A stretch of DNA of 55,194 bases, counting the filler, from Porpidia crustulata (Eukaryota), in NCBI GenBank assembly GCA_964255105.1. It is 4 parts of 4 records of this genome, joined end to end, with 100 filler letters (N's around TTAATTAATTAA, not from the genome) between each part and the next. Parts side by side here need not be neighbours in the genome. Positions count along the whole stretch, not along the records: positions 41,483 to 55,194 come from CAXUWE010000419.1; 3 more parts are not named here. The stretch is one strand, 5' to 3'. Positions 52,658 to 55,194 of the stretch are shown one piece after another. A program made the position numbers and the translations under genes. Each line of letters opens with the position of its first letter. Position 1 is the first letter of the stretch. Below the pieces are notes generated by a model. That model was not told the DNA's origin. It saw only the letters and a list, made by a program, of their open reading frames with translations, and made no database searches.

Positions 52658-54682
52658 ATGGCGGAAGATGAAAGAAGAGGCTCCAAGCGCTCCAGGTTTG
52701 ATCAAACCGAGCCTGATATTAAGCGTTCTTCACGCTTCGATCGACGTTCTCGGTCTCCCTCTGGTCGGCATTCAGAGAGCAGACGGAGTCGTAGCCCAAG
52801 AGCAGAACCGTCTGTTCTAAGTCCTGGTGCGGAGGACAAGAAAGCTTCGAGCGGCGATCCGGCTGCTGCTGCTGGTGAGTAGAAGCTCTCTATTTCGAGT
52901 CAAGTAGTTACTAACACTCCTTCAGCGGCTGCGGCAGCTCGAATCAACGCCCAAATTCAAGCAAAGAAAGGAATACAACATGTTGAAGTACCCCCCATAC
53001 GCGCAGTGAGTCATTTCAAGTCTTCATCTGTGCTTTAAGAGCGCGCTTGGTAACTGCTATAATGAGTGATAATACTAATTGACCTAGGTTGCAAGTCCCG
53101 TTGGGAAATCATCATCTCCTGGTATTTCCGGCTCAAGCACAAGCAATATCAACGGCGACATGTATATCGCAGATGGTGACTACATCAAAGATATCGAAGT
53201 CAACGATCTCCGTAATCGTTATACACTGACTAAAGGCTCTACACAAAAGATGGTAAATACTCTTGTCATACCCACTGATATACTCAGGCGCCCATCTCTG
53301 ATGAGCTATGATATCTTATGCGGTTCCAATTCATATCTGTAATTTGTGTGGGAGATTATCTGAAGCTTACTTGGGCTGATATAGCTCTGTGCGACCCCTC
53401 ATTGGCATCTGCTGACCTCCGCTGCGTGAAATATAGATCAAAGATGAGACTGGCGCCGGTACGCAATACCTGACCTTAACAGATTTATAGAGGTAGATGC
53501 TCATAAGTGTAAAGATGTCACCACACGCGGAGAATACTATCCTGACAAAAGTATGGCTAGCGCAGCTGTAAGTAATTCCTGGCAGTCACCGTTTTGGTGA
53601 ATCTAATCACACTTTTGACATTAATAATATCCTAGAATCCTCCGTTATACCTCCATATCACCAGCACCTCAAAGGATGGTCTCGAAAAAGCGGTCGTGCG
53701 AGTTGAGGAACTAATGAAACAGGAGCTACCTAACCTAGTCGATGAAAGACGCTTCAGACGTAGAGAACCAGATGCAGTCGAGCGGGATGAGTTTGGGCGG
53801 GTAAGTCATCTTCATAGGTCTAAGTCGTTGGTAACTGACAAGCATTAGCGTAAATGGCCGGAAGAGCGTATCCCAATTGATCTTGAACCCCTTCCCGGAT
53901 TCAATCTGCGAGCCCAGGTTGTGGGTCATGGAGGCGCATACGTCAAGCATATCCAACAGGAAACCCGGTGCCGTGTTCAGATTAAGGGCCGTAATTCTGG
54001 ATTCATGGAACATGGCACTGGTCGCGAGAGCGACGAGCAGATGTATCTTCATGTAGCGTGAGTATCTAAAGTTTCTGCCCTTTACTTCTCAGCAGATCTA
54101 AACATCTCCAGTGGCCCGGACCCCAACGAAGTCCAACATGCAAAGGAGCTCTGCCAAGATTTACTCGCCAACGTGAAAGAGCAGTACGAGCAATACAAAG
54201 AGAACCCTCCCCAGCAACGAGGCTACGGCAGCGGCTACCAGCAAGGCGACCGTCAAGGCTACGGCAGCCAAGGTGGATACGGCGGTTACGGTGGCCAGCA
54301 GTCTCCGGCCCCCGGCGCCACAGCCATCCAAGCACCTCCAGGAACCTCCGGGGCTCCCGGAGCTGGAAGTCCAACATCAGATTACAGCGCACAATACGCC
54401 CAATACTATGGCAACCAAGCGGATCCGTACGCAGCATACGGTGGATATCAGAACTACGTCGCGTACTACCAGTATTACCAGCAACAGGCCGCGCAGCAGC
54501 AAGCAGCGCCAGGGGCCGCTCCGCCGGGCCCTCCAGGGGAAGAAGCACCGCCCCCTCCGCCCCCGAGCGGATCGCCTCCTGCTGCCAACGGTGGCTATAA
54601 TTCCGTGAGAGTATCTTCTCCGTGGTAAAAGCTTTACATCTGACATAACGACATCTAGGTTCCCCCACCTCCTGGCATGTGA
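52658..54682 (+). CDS. KH-domain RNA-binding/splicing protein (KHDC4/BLOM7-like)
   Basis: Nine exons. RS-rich N-terminus; motifs IEVNDLRNRYTLTKG, TGADVTTRG, PPLYLHI, FNLRAQVVGHGGAYVKHI and VQIKGRNSGF; Y/Q/P-rich tail ending VPPPPGM*. Confidence 0.92.
53279..53383 (+). ncRNA. Intronic structured RNA, box C/D snoRNA-like
   Basis: Lies inside the 184-nt intron 53253-53436. Nested stems TATA/TATA, TCAG/CTGA, CCCA/TGGG and GAGCT/AGCTT enclose (C/A)TGAT(G/A)...CTGA. Confidence 0.5.
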
Positions 54683-55194
54683 GCTTTTCGGCGAAGAGGA
54701 CCGAACGACGCTTTATCTCCGCCGTATGAACAAAGACAAGTCGAATTTTCAGATCGCCGTACCGCCAAAGTCTCTAGCATGCCAACCCCAAAGAATAGCC
54801 CTCTGGCACATAGATTACTAGCTAAATGGAGATATCTGCAACCGCTTAGCTTACGATTCGGCCGCGTACTTCCATGTCAATATCCCCTAAACTAGTGGGC
54901 TCAAAAGGCATTTGCTATTCCTAAATAAGCGCCAAACACCCAAACCTAGCATGTATCTAGCAATTCCAAATATCAATCCATGCATGAATATCATTCCCCC
55001 ATACCATTCCCCCACCCCTTTCCCGGCCAGACACTCCATCGAGTCATCCACCTCATTGCCCAACCAGCACAATCAATCATACCCCTCCCCATAAAAATCC
55101 TCCCTCGCCCTCTGCGGGCTCACCCACTCCTCACTCGCCAACCTCTCCCTCTTCCTCCTCCTCTTCTGCCTCCTACTCTCCGTACCCCTTCACG

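Overview
Eukaryotic DNA from a filamentous ascomycete (Pezizomycotina; possibly lichen-forming, low confidence), about 50% GC, gene dense, with short spliceosomal introns (GTRAGT donor, CTRAC branch, YAG acceptor). The window is four contigs joined by three artificial 100-nt spacers (44N-TTAATTAATTAA-44N). About two dozen protein genes can be modelled. Most are conserved: rhomboid protease, lysophospholipase, CENP-B-like (3' part), PXA-domain, glycogenin, SEA4/Mio, EFG1, TPT1 (5' part), MFS transporter (5' part), eIF1AD-like, ALG3, hemerythrin-like, PKC1, SNG1-like, STS1/Cut8, MTR4 and a KH-domain splicing factor. A lineage-specific patch at about 41.5-46.8 kb holds small secreted or orphan ORFs. 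The best leads are: an F-box-like protein fused to a Pol-beta-type nucleotidyltransferase-like domain; a structured snoRNA-like RNA in an intron of the KH gene; a 959-nt hairpin-bearing intron in the PXA gene; a probable cryptic Rsc58/BRD7-like chromatin remodeller subunit; a Kex2-type repeat peptide precursor with a read-through-able stop; a GC-AG intron; and two Tc1/mariner-pogo-like transposon ends at contig starts. Family assignments come from motif recognition only; no searches were run.
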